Source: a virus. Taken from it: DNA of 64,000 nt. Below are positions 7,208 to 16,230 of the stretch, piece after piece. The stretch spans positions 1 through 64,000 of the IMG/VR virus record IMGVR_UViG_3300019487_000020. One strand, 5' to 3'. The position numbers were made by a program, and so were the translations under genes. The notes under the pieces were generated by a model. That model had not been told where the DNA came from and made no database searches. It worked only from the letters and a program-made list of their open reading frames with translations. Every line of letters begins with the position of its first letter. Positions within the stretch are counted from its first letter, which is position 1.

Positions 7208-7593
7208 AAGCCATAGCGCTCATACTGGCGGTGTCCATGGCCCTGCCCAACGCGGCGTGGGGAGCATGCGACTTCGCAAAGGACATTCAGAAGCAGGAGG
7301 ACGGCTCCTACAGGTACACCAGGGACTGCCACGTAGAGGCCGGCAAGGCGTTCGAGCGCGCTGACCTCCAGACGAAGCGGGCAGACGTACTTGAGAAGGC
7401 ATTGGAGCTTAAGGACCTGGCGCTGGTCAAGCAGAACGAGCGTGTCGAGCTGTGGATGAACGCAGCGACCAAGATGGACGACCGCATCACCGCCGCAGAG
7501 GACCTGCGCAGCAAGAACAACGTGTACTACTTCATCGGCGGAGTCATCCTCACAGGGCTGGCCGTGTGGGGCGCTGGCCAGCTAAGGCACTAG
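7204..7593 (+). CDS. signal peptide + Cys, coiled coil, C-terminal TM protein (unimolecular-spanin-like topology)
   Basis: The start is an ATGA overlap. The N-terminus is MKAIALILAVSMALPNAAWGAC, the middle is helical, and the C-terminal TM segment is YYFIGGVILTGLAVWGAG. Confidence 0.5.
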   Translation: MKAIALILAVSMALPNAAWGACDFAKDIQKQEDGSYRYTRDCHVEAGKAFERADLQTKRADVLEKALELKDLALVKQNERVELWMNAATKMDDRITAAEDLRSKNNVYYFIGGVILTGLAVWGAGQLRH

Positions 7594-8096
7594 GGTAGCT
7601 TCTTGAACTGGGGCAGGGAGGCGACGGCGTCCCTGAGGGCCTTGGGCCCGGCAAGCTCCAGGTCGATCTTCACGCCGGAGAAGCAGCCCATGATCTTGAG
7701 CATGTCTCCGACCAGCTCGCTGCACACGAAAGTCTCTTCCCCGTCTCTCCATGGGTTGCGCAGGCCAGTCAGCCTCTCTATGGCCATGCCCAGCAGCTGC
7801 AGCCTTCCGTACTTGGCCCCGGCCAGCTGCATTGCCTTCTTCCTGAGGGCCCTGTGGGCTATGTGGTCCAGGCTGGTCTCGAAGCTCTCCACGGTCAGGT
7901 TGTCGGCGTCGAATCGTTCGCCGGACACGAAGTGGGCCATTCCGTGGCTTGCCTGGTACACCAGGTCCATGCCCATCCTGTCGCTGTGCCACCGTATGAA
8001 GGTATGAGAGAACGGCGAGTGCTCGTAGGCCCGTATTGCGTAGCTCAGCACTGCCCACTTGCTTTTCGGCCTGCTGAACCCCACTGTTAGCTTCAT
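7590..8096 (-). CDS. papain-like (NlpC/P60 or YiiX/C92-like) cysteine peptidase, candidate cell-wall amidase
   Basis: SPFSHTFIRW plus ETFVCSELVGDML resembles the permuted papain-like amidase pattern. The gene is adjacent to the membrane-protein cluster. Confidence 0.4.
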   Translation of the reverse strand: MKLTVGFSRPKSKWAVLSYAIRAYEHSPFSHTFIRWHSDRMGMDLVYQASHGMAHFVSGERFDADNLTVESFETSLDHIAHRALRKKAMQLAGAKYGRLQLLGMAIERLTGLRNPWRDGEETFVCSELVGDMLKIMGCFSGVKIDLELAGPKALRDAVASLPQFKKLP

Positions 8097-8100
8097 GGCC

Positions 8101-8331
8101 TCACCACTTGACCCTTAGCATCGACCTGTTCGAGTCGAAGCGCGCCTCGTACCCGTTGTCTGCCAGTATGGCGGTTACCTTCGCGGCCAGCACCGCGTCC
8201 TCCAGGCTGTCCTCCAGGAACATCATCCCTGCGGCGGCCGCCTCGTTGATTTTGGTGTCCAGGTCCGCCAGCTTCGCTGCGACGTCTTCGGTGGCCGCCA
8301 CTATTTCTCTGGCTACTTGAGCGTTTATCAT
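8101..8331 (-). CDS. hypothetical protein (76 aa)
   Basis: ATG 8331 forms an ATGA overlap with the upstream stop. Confidence 0.55.
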   Translation of the reverse strand: MINAQVAREIVAATEDVAAKLADLDTKINEAAAAGMMFLEDSLEDAVLAAKVTAILADNGYEARFDSNRSMLRVKW

Positions 8332-9080
8332 TGTTTGTATGTCTCCAAAACTACCGACAGGCTCTCGTTGACGCCCGCGTTGTACCTGAAAATGAAGCGC
8401 AGCTTGCTGGTGTGGTAAGTGGCGTCGTACGTCAGCAGCTTGGTCACACGTCCGTCCACCTCGTAGGCGTTGTTCGGGGCCAGGTAGTTCAGGTTGATGC
8501 CGCCCACCATCTCCTTGGAGCCGGTAGGCGCGGCGATGTCCGGCACGGCCACCACCCAGCACCTGAGGTCCTGGCTTATGTCGTTCAGCGCGCGCAGGGT
8601 GCCTCCGATGACTTCGACGTCGTACGGCAGCTCTATGTCTATGACGGTCCTGACTATGGTCGCGTAGTTGGCGTTCAGCAATCCCGGCACCGTGACTTCC
8701 TGGTCGGAGGCGTTGTACGCCTTCAGCGTGATGCCGGACCTGGACGCGTTCGTGTGGTCCTTGGAGTACAGCGTGTCGCTCAGCCTGGACGTCTGGAACT
8801 CAATGGGGATGGCGTTGTAGGTCCAGCCCTTCTTGGAGGCCTTGAGCCTGAAGAACGGAATTCCGTCGATGTCGGAGAAGGACTGGTTGCCGGCGGCCTT
8901 GAAGTTTGCCTCGAAGTCCGCCTGGTCGTCCCCGGCAGGGTCTGTCAGCGGAACCATGCACCTCAGTGATAGGGCGCCGTCTATGGCGTACAGGAAGTAC
9001 CTGTTGCCGACCTGCACCCACTGCACGGACAACGCCCTTGCGGCGGCGAACGTTTTGAACTCTGCCCACGAAACTTCCAT
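8328..9080 (-). CDS. virion (tail/fibre-region) protein, function unknown
   Basis: Complete ORF in the tail module. Confidence 0.65.
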   Translation of the reverse strand: MEVSWAEFKTFAAARALSVQWVQVGNRYFLYAIDGALSLRCMVPLTDPAGDDQADFEANFKAAGNQSFSDIDGIPFFRLKASKKGWTYNAIPIEFQTSRLSDTLYSKDHTNASRSGITLKAYNASDQEVTVPGLLNANYATIVRTVIDIELPYDVEVIGGTLRALNDISQDLRCWVVAVPDIAAPTGSKEMVGGINLNYLAPNNAYEVDGRVTKLLTYDATYHTSKLRFIFRYNAGVNESLSVVLETYKQ

Positions 9081-9081
9081 C

Positions 9082-9918
9082 CTAGGTCTCCTTCGTCAGG
9101 TAGAATATCCCCTGCGTGAAGCTTCGGCTGAATAGCCCGCCCCCGTTAGCGTCCGCGGAGACCACCACGCTGGACGAGAACTTTATTGGCTTCTTCAGCG
9201 ACCAGTCCAGCGTGGACGAAGTGGTCACTATGCCCGAGCCTGCTCCACGCCTGGCGTTGTCGTTGCTCGTGGCAAGCAGGCCGTTGAGCGTGGCTATGCT
9301 GTTGCCGGAGAAGATCGTCTCGCCGTCCACTTGTAGCCTGACTATGACACTGGCGTTGTTGAACTCCACGTTGAATGCCATCAACAGGCCGCTGCCGGAG
9401 TAGCTGTACACGTTGGTGAACACCCCGGTCGAAAGCAGTATGCTATTAGTGGTGACATCCACTCGGCATTTCGCACTAAACGAGTCTGCGTTGGCGAAGG
9501 ACTGCCCGTCTATGGCCGCTGCCATGTTGAGCTTGTCGCCTATGTTTCCTATCTGCGTTCCATTGGTGGCGCCAATAATGGTCGTCGCAGTCCTTTGAAT
9601 GGCCGTGGCCGCGTTCGCCTGAATTACTACATCTGCAGTGCCGGAGCTATAAGACGTCATCTTGACCTGTATGGCCTTCAGGCCTGCGACGTTCACCAGG
9701 AACTGGCCATTGGAAGTGGTTGTGCTGCTTAGTACATTCGTGCTTATAGACTGCCACAACATGAGGTCAAAGGTCGTGCCGTTAAGAGATCCTTGAATGG
9801 AAAGTGTGCCTGTCCATGTTCCTGTGATTATAATTCCCGCGGTCCCAAAGTTGTCCAGGCCGGATGCCTGAACAGTTCCGTTTAGGGCAGATATGCTGTT
9901 TGTCTCTAAATTTGCCAC
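9082..9918 (-). CDS. tail-region beta-rich structural protein, paralogue of 9918-10820
   Basis: It shares ITGTW(T/I)GTL(S/T)(I/F)QGS..G(T)(T/N)F and (K/R)(M)T(S/A)Y(S/T)SGTA blocks with its neighbour. Confidence 0.65.
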   Translation of the reverse strand: MANLETNSISALNGTVQASGLDNFGTAGIIITGTWTGTLSIQGSLNGTTFDLMLWQSISTNVLSSTTTSNGQFLVNVAGLKAIQVKMTSYSSGTADVVIQANAATAIQRTATTIIGATNGTQIGNIGDKLNMAAAIDGQSFANADSFSAKCRVDVTTNSILLSTGVFTNVYSYSGSGLLMAFNVEFNNASVIVRLQVDGETIFSGNSIATLNGLLATSNDNARRGAGSGIVTTSSTLDWSLKKPIKFSSSVVVSADANGGGLFSRSFTQGIFYLTKET

Positions 9919-10820
9919 TAGGTGTCCTCGGTTAGGAATACCATATAGTTTTTCATGCTATGGTCGCTTCCGTCGCTGCGCTGCATCTCGATGGTCACGC
10001 TGGTGGAGTACGGTATGGCGAACTTCATGCTGAAGTCCACGGTGTTGCCTACGGTGGTCCAGAAGCCGCCTGCCTGCATCCTCGTGGTGGAGGTGTCATT
10101 GAATTGGTAAAGTTTCAAGTCAGACACGGTGATCTCGAAGATCTGGCCGCCGTCGATCGTGACCTTCAGGCGCACGTTGGCGCTGTTGAAGTCCGCCTGG
10201 AACCCAAAGAACAGGCCCGTGCCCGAGCGGGTGTAGATCGTGCTGTACGCAGCCCCTACGGTGGCGGAAGTGGTGGAGTAGCGCACGCGGAACTTGTTTG
10301 TGATCGTAGGGACCAGCTGGCCGCCGAGGACGGTGAAGCTCACGTCGGACTTCCTGGCGTTTAGGTCGTTGGGGTTCAGCGAGTTGGCCACCATGGTGGC
10401 GGTGGCGGTGCCGGAGGTGTAGGCGGTCATTCTCACCCTCAGGTACCTGAACAGCAGCGGCACGTAGAACACGCCGTTTGCGGTCGTGGTGGAGGACGGC
10501 AGAGTGGAGTTGCTGCTCACGTCCGTGGCGTTCACGGGCACGAAGTTGGTGCCGTCGTTCGACCCCTGGAAGGTCAGGGTGCCTATCCAGGTGCCTGTTA
10601 TCTGCACGGACGCAGACCTGTAGCCGTTGCAGTCCGTGGAGGCTATGGCGTCTTCGTCCAGGTCGGCGGCGGCGCCGGAGCCCGTGAGCATCTTGCTGTA
10701 GGGGGTAGTGAACAGGTTGCCGGCGGCGTCCGCGTCCACGGGGTTGGTCTCAACCCCGGACGAGTTCGACCCGGTGAGCTTGGAGAATGCGGCTGCCTGT
10801 TGGTCTGTCAAGTCTGCCAT
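9918..10820 (-). CDS. tail-region beta-rich structural protein, paralogue of 9082-9918
   Basis: Same shared blocks as 9082-9918. The second half also matches (GSGL(L/F)..F(N/Q)..FN(N/S)A(S/N)V). Confidence 0.65.
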   Translation of the reverse strand: MADLTDQQAAAFSKLTGSNSSGVETNPVDADAAGNLFTTPYSKMLTGSGAAADLDEDAIASTDCNGYRSASVQITGTWIGTLTFQGSNDGTNFVPVNATDVSSNSTLPSSTTTANGVFYVPLLFRYLRVRMTAYTSGTATATMVANSLNPNDLNARKSDVSFTVLGGQLVPTITNKFRVRYSTTSATVGAAYSTIYTRSGTGLFFGFQADFNSANVRLKVTIDGGQIFEITVSDLKLYQFNDTSTTRMQAGGFWTTVGNTVDFSMKFAIPYSTSVTIEMQRSDGSDHSMKNYMVFLTEDT

Positions 10821-10851
10821 AAAAAGGGGTAGAGCTTATGGCCCTACCCCC
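10821..10851 (-). terminator. hairpin plus T5 terminator or attenuator directly before the ATG at 10820
   Basis: The minus strand reads GGGGTAG..CTACCCC (7-bp stem) followed by TTTTT and then ATG. Confidence 0.5.
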
Positions 10852-10874
10852 CTTAGATTGCAACCGCTTCAGTA

Positions 10875-11642
10875 CTAGGCGATCTCGTGGCCCGAGATGG
10901 TCGAGTACACGTCCTGGGCCTGGTTGTCGTTGTTCTTTCGAGCCACTCGCACCTTGACACCGGCAGCCACCTCGATGTTCTCGTTGACTGGAATCCTGAT
11001 GTTGGGCTGGGACGTGGAGTTGAACCCTACGAACCTGGAGACGAATACGCCGGAGGCAGGGGCTGTCTCTATGGACACCTCGATTCTCATCTTGCCCGAG
11101 GCAGACGCCCATATCTGGGACAGCTTCAGTGTCGTAGCGGCCGTAACCGTGTAGTCGTGGTTGCTGGTGGCGCCTGCGGCCAGGGCGGCGCCGGTGTTGT
11201 AGTTGTTGACCTCGGTGCCCTCTGAGTCAACGAAGGTGACTGGCAGCGGGTTGGACGCGCTGAAGGCATTGCCGTCCTCGTCGTGCAGCGCTACGTCCAG
11301 GGCGTGCACATCGTTGCTGGTGATGGCGGTCAGCTTCTCGACCTGGTCGGCGTCGCCCGGGGTCACAGCCCTTTGGAACGCAATCAGGCCTACGTTGCCG
11401 GGCTTGGTGTTCAAGGCAGCGTCATAGAAGCCGTCTGGCGTGATCGCGCCCTGCTCGGAAAGCCTGACTACCCGGTCCACTGCTGCTGGGTCGTCGCCGT
11501 GGATCTCTACGTGCGCGTTGAGGTCGGTGTCGACCGTCATGCGCTGCGCAGGCGTTGCTCCGTCCACTACCTTGACGTGTACCCGTTCGTCTGTGCCGTC
11601 TGCTTCCGACCTGATTGGTAAGCCGCTGTTAATGTCTGCCAT
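10875..11642 (-). CDS. tail-region structural protein with NPLPV motif
   Basis: Complete ORF. It shares an NP(L/M)PV block and a C-terminal beta-sandwich-like region with 11872-12789. Confidence 0.65.
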   Translation of the reverse strand: MADINSGLPIRSEADGTDERVHVKVVDGATPAQRMTVDTDLNAHVEIHGDDPAAVDRVVRLSEQGAITPDGFYDAALNTKPGNVGLIAFQRAVTPGDADQVEKLTAITSNDVHALDVALHDEDGNAFSASNPLPVTFVDSEGTEVNNYNTGAALAAGATSNHDYTVTAATTLKLSQIWASASGKMRIEVSIETAPASGVFVSRFVGFNSTSQPNIRIPVNENIEVAAGVKVRVARKNNDNQAQDVYSTISGHEIA

Positions 11643-11653
11643 TTATTTCTCCC

Positions 11654-11848
11654 CTAGGACCTCTTCGCTTCCATCTCCGCTATCTTAACTGCAAGTTCAG
11701 CCTTCCGGGCCTCTTGGTTCTTGATGTTTTCCCTGAGCCTCTCGATGTTGTCGAGTGCCTCTTCTATTTTAAACTCCTGCTCGGCCTGAGCAGCGTCAAC
11801 CCTTCGGACTTCCAGTTTAAGACGTTTTAGCTCGAGTGAGTCAGCCAT
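11654..11848 (-). CDS. small coiled-coil protein
   Basis: A 64-aa charged helix with heptad character (LKRLKLEVRR..IERLRENIKNQ). Confidence 0.55.
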   Translation of the reverse strand: MADSLELKRLKLEVRRVDAAQAEQEFKIEEALDNIERLRENIKNQEARKAELAVKIAEMEAKRS

Positions 11849-11871
11849 GTGCCACCTTCCGATAGATTAAT

Positions 11872-12789
11872 TTAATTTGACTTGCCAATCAAGTTGGCCT
11901 CAAAATCCCCTGAGAATGGCCTGTCGTGTAATACTTTGACTTCTATTGTGTCTCCGGCGTCAGCCTTCAATCCGCCCATGATAAACGACTCGTTCATACC
12001 GTCGCCCCAATAGGTCCTGCGGGTAGCTATCTTGACTGCGTTTATGTACACTTCCCACTTGGCTATGTTCTCGCCGCCCACGTCTATCCTGTCGATGGTC
12101 AGGTAGGTGGCCGGAGGTACTGTGTGGCTCAGCACGGTGGTCTGGACCGCTGCGGCCACCGCCAGGGCCTCGCCCGTGTATAGCACGGCCGTGCCGCCCG
12201 AGCCCTGCAGGACCACGTTGATGGAGCCGTCGGGGTTGACCTGTAGCACGTCCACCCCGTCGCCCACTTGCACTGAGTCCGCGACGTCGCCCACGTCCGG
12301 CGTGTTGTCCTGGTGGGACAGCTGCACCTCAAGCTCTGCGTTGACGGTGCCGATGTTGATGGAGCCGTCCGACAGCTGGACCGGCATGGGGTTGGCCACG
12401 TCGTAGTAGTCGCCGTACTGGTCGACCAGGACGTTCCTGCGGGCCACAGTGGGCTCCTGGTCGTAGGTGGCCATGTCCCTGTCCTCGAAGGACAGGTTGG
12501 CCTTGGGCTGCTCCTCCGCGGTCACGAACGCCCCGTCGGCCAGGGTGTAGGCCGTCAGGTCCAGCGGCGGCGCGTACGCGTTTGGCTGCTGGCTCGGCAG
12601 CGTGACGCGCAGCACGGTCCTGGTGGCCTTCTGTATCTTTAGCTGTAGGGTGGGCTGGGTGGAAGACTGCAGGGCTATGGTCTGCTTGACCTTGAACCCG
12701 CTGGTGTTGGCCAGCTGTATGGTGCCCAGGCCGCCGTCAGCAGCGAGTAGCCGCGGAGCGACAGCGGGCCATTTCTTCTCAATGGCCAT
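11872..12789 (-). CDS. tail-region structural protein with NPMPV motif
   Basis: Complete ORF and the first gene after the tube terminator. Confidence 0.65.
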   Translation of the reverse strand: MAIEKKWPAVAPRLLAADGGLGTIQLANTSGFKVKQTIALQSSTQPTLQLKIQKATRTVLRVTLPSQQPNAYAPPLDLTAYTLADGAFVTAEEQPKANLSFEDRDMATYDQEPTVARRNVLVDQYGDYYDVANPMPVQLSDGSINIGTVNAELEVQLSHQDNTPDVGDVADSVQVGDGVDVLQVNPDGSINVVLQGSGGTAVLYTGEALAVAAAVQTTVLSHTVPPATYLTIDRIDVGGENIAKWEVYINAVKIATRRTYWGDGMNESFIMGGLKADAGDTIEVKVLHDRPFSGDFEANLIGKSN

Positions 12790-12844
12790 TGTAACTTCCT
12801 AATCCCCTTGACCTAGACCGTTCTAGGCTGCACTACATAGATTA

Positions 12845-12885
12845 GAAAAGCTAAGGGGCCTGGCGGTGTTTAGCCGCCAAGCCCC
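12845..12885 (-). terminator. rho-independent terminator after the tube gene
   Basis: The minus strand reads GGGGCTTGGCGG-ctaaaca-CCGCCAGGCCCC (12-bp stem with one G-U pair) followed by TTAGCTTTTCT. Confidence 0.7.
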
Positions 12886-12913
12886 CTGTGATGATCTGGC
12901 TCAGTTGAATTCC

Positions 12914-13363
12914 TTACGGAAGGTTGGTCGCTCCGGCCTCGTCTTGGTCGCCAGACTCGTCGGACAGCCTCAGGCCGAGATAGGTGACTTGGACCTTGGA
13001 GGTGGCGCGGGAGTTTGCCCCAGTGTTGTACCTGGTGGGGATGCAGCCCAGCGCCGTCATTACGATCTTGCCCGTCTGCCTGTCCTCGACGGCGACGGTC
13101 ACGCCCTCGATGTTGATCAGGTCCTGCAGCTTTGGCACCTTGGGCAGCACGTGCGGACCTTGGTCTACCACGCGGAAGCCAGAGCAGTCGATGGTGACCG
13201 CCTCGTAGCTCGTCTGGGTGATCTCCGTCGGGCTGTACCGGCCGAGGATGTGGATGGCCTCGGTGCCAATGTTGATCCCGTAGGAGACGCTGTCGAAGAT
13301 GCCGACGAGCTGCTGGTCAACAAAGACCCTTGCCCGCCCGCCTGTGAATACCTTACTAGCCAT
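12914..13363 (-). CDS. tail tube protein
   Basis: A 149-aa ORF immediately downstream of the sheath gene, followed by a strong terminator. This is the canonical sheath-tube order and size. Confidence 0.6.
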   Translation of the reverse strand: MASKVFTGGRARVFVDQQLVGIFDSVSYGINIGTEAIHILGRYSPTEITQTSYEAVTIDCSGFRVVDQGPHVLPKVPKLQDLINIEGVTVAVEDRQTGKIVMTALGCIPTRYNTGANSRATSKVQVTYLGLRLSDESGDQDEAGATNLP

Positions 13364-13389
13364 GTTCTTTCTCCTCTACCCTTTCCCGC

Positions 13390-15927
13390 TTACCCAGCCG
13401 ACTGCTGGACCTGGGTGATTTCAATCGTGATCGGCACGAAGTAGATGCTGGTGCTCAGCTTAACTTCGACACTGACCGCCATCGTAGGCCCGTTGATCGT
13501 TACCTTGGCGTTCTTGAAGCCCAGCGGCGCGTCGTCGCTGGAGGTGATGACCTTCTGCTTCTTGTACTGGTCCATCTTGGACGCCAGGAAGCTCAGAGCC
13601 GTGTTGGCGCTGACGTCTGCCAGGCTTTGTCCCACGAACGCCCTCTGCATGGAGGCGCTGAGGTCGATAGCCAACAGGTCCGCCAGGTACACTGCCTGCA
13701 AGCTGTTGTACACGAAGTTCGTGTCGAAGCCGTAGGTGGTCTGGTCGCTGACCCACTTGGCTGCGCCGCTGTCCTTTTGCAGGATTAGCAAGCCTGCGTC
13801 AAGCGCGTCCTCGACGTCACCCGGGTTGCCAGAGTCAAATCCGGCTGGGTCCTCGAAGTCAACCACGTTGGCAAACTTGTTTGTGATGCCCTTGTAGAAG
13901 CCCGCGGCCTGCATGCCCGCTGCGATGGCTGCCGAGTGCCAAGGGAGGAAGCTGCGGACCACTCCGCCCGAGTCAACCTGGCTGGACTTCTGAGGACAGA
14001 AGTCGACGCGGAAGTTACCCAGTGCCTGAGCCTTGCTCTTGGCATCTGAGTAGGCGCCCCAGAAGGACAACATGGCGATGCGGTTCTTCTTGAGCTTCGG
14101 CGTAGACATCTTCAGACAGTGGCTCTTGGTGGCTGCGTGCACGGCGTCGATCGAGTAGGCGCTCGCGCTCTCCGTCAGGCCGTCGGCGATGTCGTCGGCT
14201 GCGTCTCGGGAGAACAGAGGAACCACGAAGTTGACGTCGATGCCCTCAAGCTGGGCAATGGCGTCCACGATGTCCGCTGCGCTGGTGGAACCCTTGGCTC
14301 CGCCGGCCAAGAAGGCTGGCGACGCCATAGGCGTTGGAAGGCCGTCTACGTCAGCGGCATCGAATTCGACTGCGCGAGACTGTGACACGGCCTTTTTCCA
14401 GTTGGCAAGAGACTTCTTGACTCGTCCGGGCTCGAGGCTTGCTGCCGTAGAGCAGATGCCGATTGCAGTTACCTTGTCCAGGTTCGTAGCCGGAGCCTGC
14501 TGGCCTGCGGCTGTGGCTTCTGCGCTGTATCCTGTCTTGGAAGCTAGGAACTCGGCAAGGTCCTTGACCGTGGCAAAGTCGCTGAGCTTGACGCCAGACA
14601 GCGACGCGCCGGTGCCACCTGCAACGGTGGTCGACAGGATGCCAGCCGCGCTTATGGACAACGTGGCGGACGTTCCTTGGTAGCCCACTTGAAGCGCTAC
14701 CTCGCCAGCCGCGTTGAGGGCCTCGTTAAGGCCGGTGTCGCTTCGGTTGACGTCAAGCTCTACTTCGCTCTCAGCATTGGAAACATAGAGGTCGGCGGCA
14801 AGCTCGATAGCAGCCAGGTCGCCGGGGGTTGAGTCGATAAGCTCGAAGGCTTTGCCCCATCCTTTTCGGTAGTTAGCTGCGTCCTCGTCGGCGAAGATGC
14901 GGATGGTGTCCGCAGCGGTGCCGGCTTCGCAGCTCAGTCCAGATGGAAGCTGGGCGTCGATCTCGGCTGCAAGCTCGGCCGCGGTGTCATGTTCGCTTTC
15001 GTCGGAGCTTAGGGTGATGACCGTGGCGGCTCCGCCGTTGTTTCGCACTGAGAACGACAGCCCGTTCAACGCCGTAGCGTCGAACAGCCCGCCCTGCGCG
15101 GTGATTGCGATGGAGAAGCCTGCTCCCACGTCGAAGTTGGCTGCGTCCTCCGCTTCGCCGTCTTGAGATGCGGTAACGCTGACAACGTTCAGCAGCACAG
15201 TGGCGGCGAACGTGGACAGTGCGTCAATGGCTAGCTGGGTTGCCAGCGCCACGTCGTCGGCGGTGTCGCCGGTGGTGATGTTGATCTGGACGCCTGTACG
15301 GCCGGCAGGGGCCGGGTCGGTTCCCACGCCGTCCTTCTTGTACCAGCCGTAGTACTTGATGCCGTTGTTGCCGGCCTGGAACGTGAAGTACTGCCCAGAG
15401 GTGATGGCAGCCGCTGCCGGAGTAGTGATGTCGAATTCCTCGGCGGTGGCTCCTGCGTTGGACAATGCTGCAATGGCGTCGGAGGTGATGGAAGGCCCGT
15501 CCTCGAGCTGCGAGGCCTTGATCTGGTACTTGATCTTGTTGCCGTCCGCCCCCCAGTTCTGGTCTTCCAAGGTGCCGTAGTCGGTGTCGATCAGCGCGCT
15601 GGCCTTGGTTCCCTGGTTGGTCTTGAGGATGTAGATCCTGTTGGCCGAGCCCTGGATGTTGGCGTCTGCGCTAGGGGCCGAAAGTGCGCGCATTGCGTCG
15701 ACGATTGGGCCGCGAATATAGGCTCGCGCCACTCGGTCCAGCTGGTCGGGCGTGAAGAAGTTGTCCTTCAGCACTTTCGTGTCGAAGCTTTCTCCGCCGT
15801 CGGCCTCGCCGACGATGACGATGTTGCCGCTAGACGCTACTCCGACCGGGGTGCTTTGCACCTTTACGTCGGGATACGCACCCGGGGTGTTTGTATTGAT
15901 GAAGCTTTCAGTTAGCCGCTGAGCCAT
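13390..15927 (-). CDS. contractile tail sheath protein
   Basis: 845 aa. The N-terminus TPGAYPDVKVQSTPVGVASSGNIVIVGEADGG resembles the sheath PGVY..GV.TS..A.VG signature. A large Ala/Thr-rich insertion lies in the middle. Confidence 0.75.
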   Translation of the reverse strand: MAQRLTESFINTNTPGAYPDVKVQSTPVGVASSGNIVIVGEADGGESFDTKVLKDNFFTPDQLDRVARAYIRGPIVDAMRALSAPSADANIQGSANRIYILKTNQGTKASALIDTDYGTLEDQNWGADGNKIKYQIKASQLEDGPSITSDAIAALSNAGATAEEFDITTPAAAAITSGQYFTFQAGNNGIKYYGWYKKDGVGTDPAPAGRTGVQINITTGDTADDVALATQLAIDALSTFAATVLLNVVSVTASQDGEAEDAANFDVGAGFSIAITAQGGLFDATALNGLSFSVRNNGGAATVITLSSDESEHDTAAELAAEIDAQLPSGLSCEAGTAADTIRIFADEDAANYRKGWGKAFELIDSTPGDLAAIELAADLYVSNAESEVELDVNRSDTGLNEALNAAGEVALQVGYQGTSATLSISAAGILSTTVAGGTGASLSGVKLSDFATVKDLAEFLASKTGYSAEATAAGQQAPATNLDKVTAIGICSTAASLEPGRVKKSLANWKKAVSQSRAVEFDAADVDGLPTPMASPAFLAGGAKGSTSAADIVDAIAQLEGIDVNFVVPLFSRDAADDIADGLTESASAYSIDAVHAATKSHCLKMSTPKLKKNRIAMLSFWGAYSDAKSKAQALGNFRVDFCPQKSSQVDSGGVVRSFLPWHSAAIAAGMQAAGFYKGITNKFANVVDFEDPAGFDSGNPGDVEDALDAGLLILQKDSGAAKWVSDQTTYGFDTNFVYNSLQAVYLADLLAIDLSASMQRAFVGQSLADVSANTALSFLASKMDQYKKQKVITSSDDAPLGFKNAKVTINGPTMAVSVEVKLSTSIYFVPITIEITQVQQSAG

Positions 15928-15930
15928 CGC

Positions 15931-16230
15931 TTATTCTCCCTTTTCCTCAAGCCCGAAGTGCCTCAGGCCATCTTCGAATCTGTCCTCGCTGGTGGCGCCA
16001 ATGGAAGCCAAGTGGGCCCACAACGTTTCTTCTAACTCTCTGGGCCTGCCGTACTTGCGCCTGTTCAGCGCCCAATAGGACCTGAACTTCTCGCGCGCGT
16101 CTCCGCTGGCCTTCTCAGCCCTTGGCCTCTTGGAGGCGGCCATAGCAAGCCTCATCTGCCTGGCCAGCTCCAGTTTTTCCTGGACCGTCCGCTCCCTGCT
16201 TTTGCTTTCCTCAGACTTCCTTCTGGCCAT
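15931..16230 (-). CDS. hypothetical basic protein
   Basis: Complete ORF, tightly packed with its neighbours. Confidence 0.6.
   Translation of the reverse strand: MARRKSEESKSRERTVQEKLELARQMRLAMAASKRPRAEKASGDAREKFRSYWALNRRKYGRPRELEETLWAHLASIGATSEDRFEDGLRHFGLEEKGE

Noticed and set aside
7204-7270. Calling 7204-7593 a bona fide lipoprotein spanin.
   Set aside because: The sequence before the Cys (A-W-G-A-C) is not a canonical lipobox (L-(A/S)-(G/A)-C). It is kept only as a topology-based candidate.
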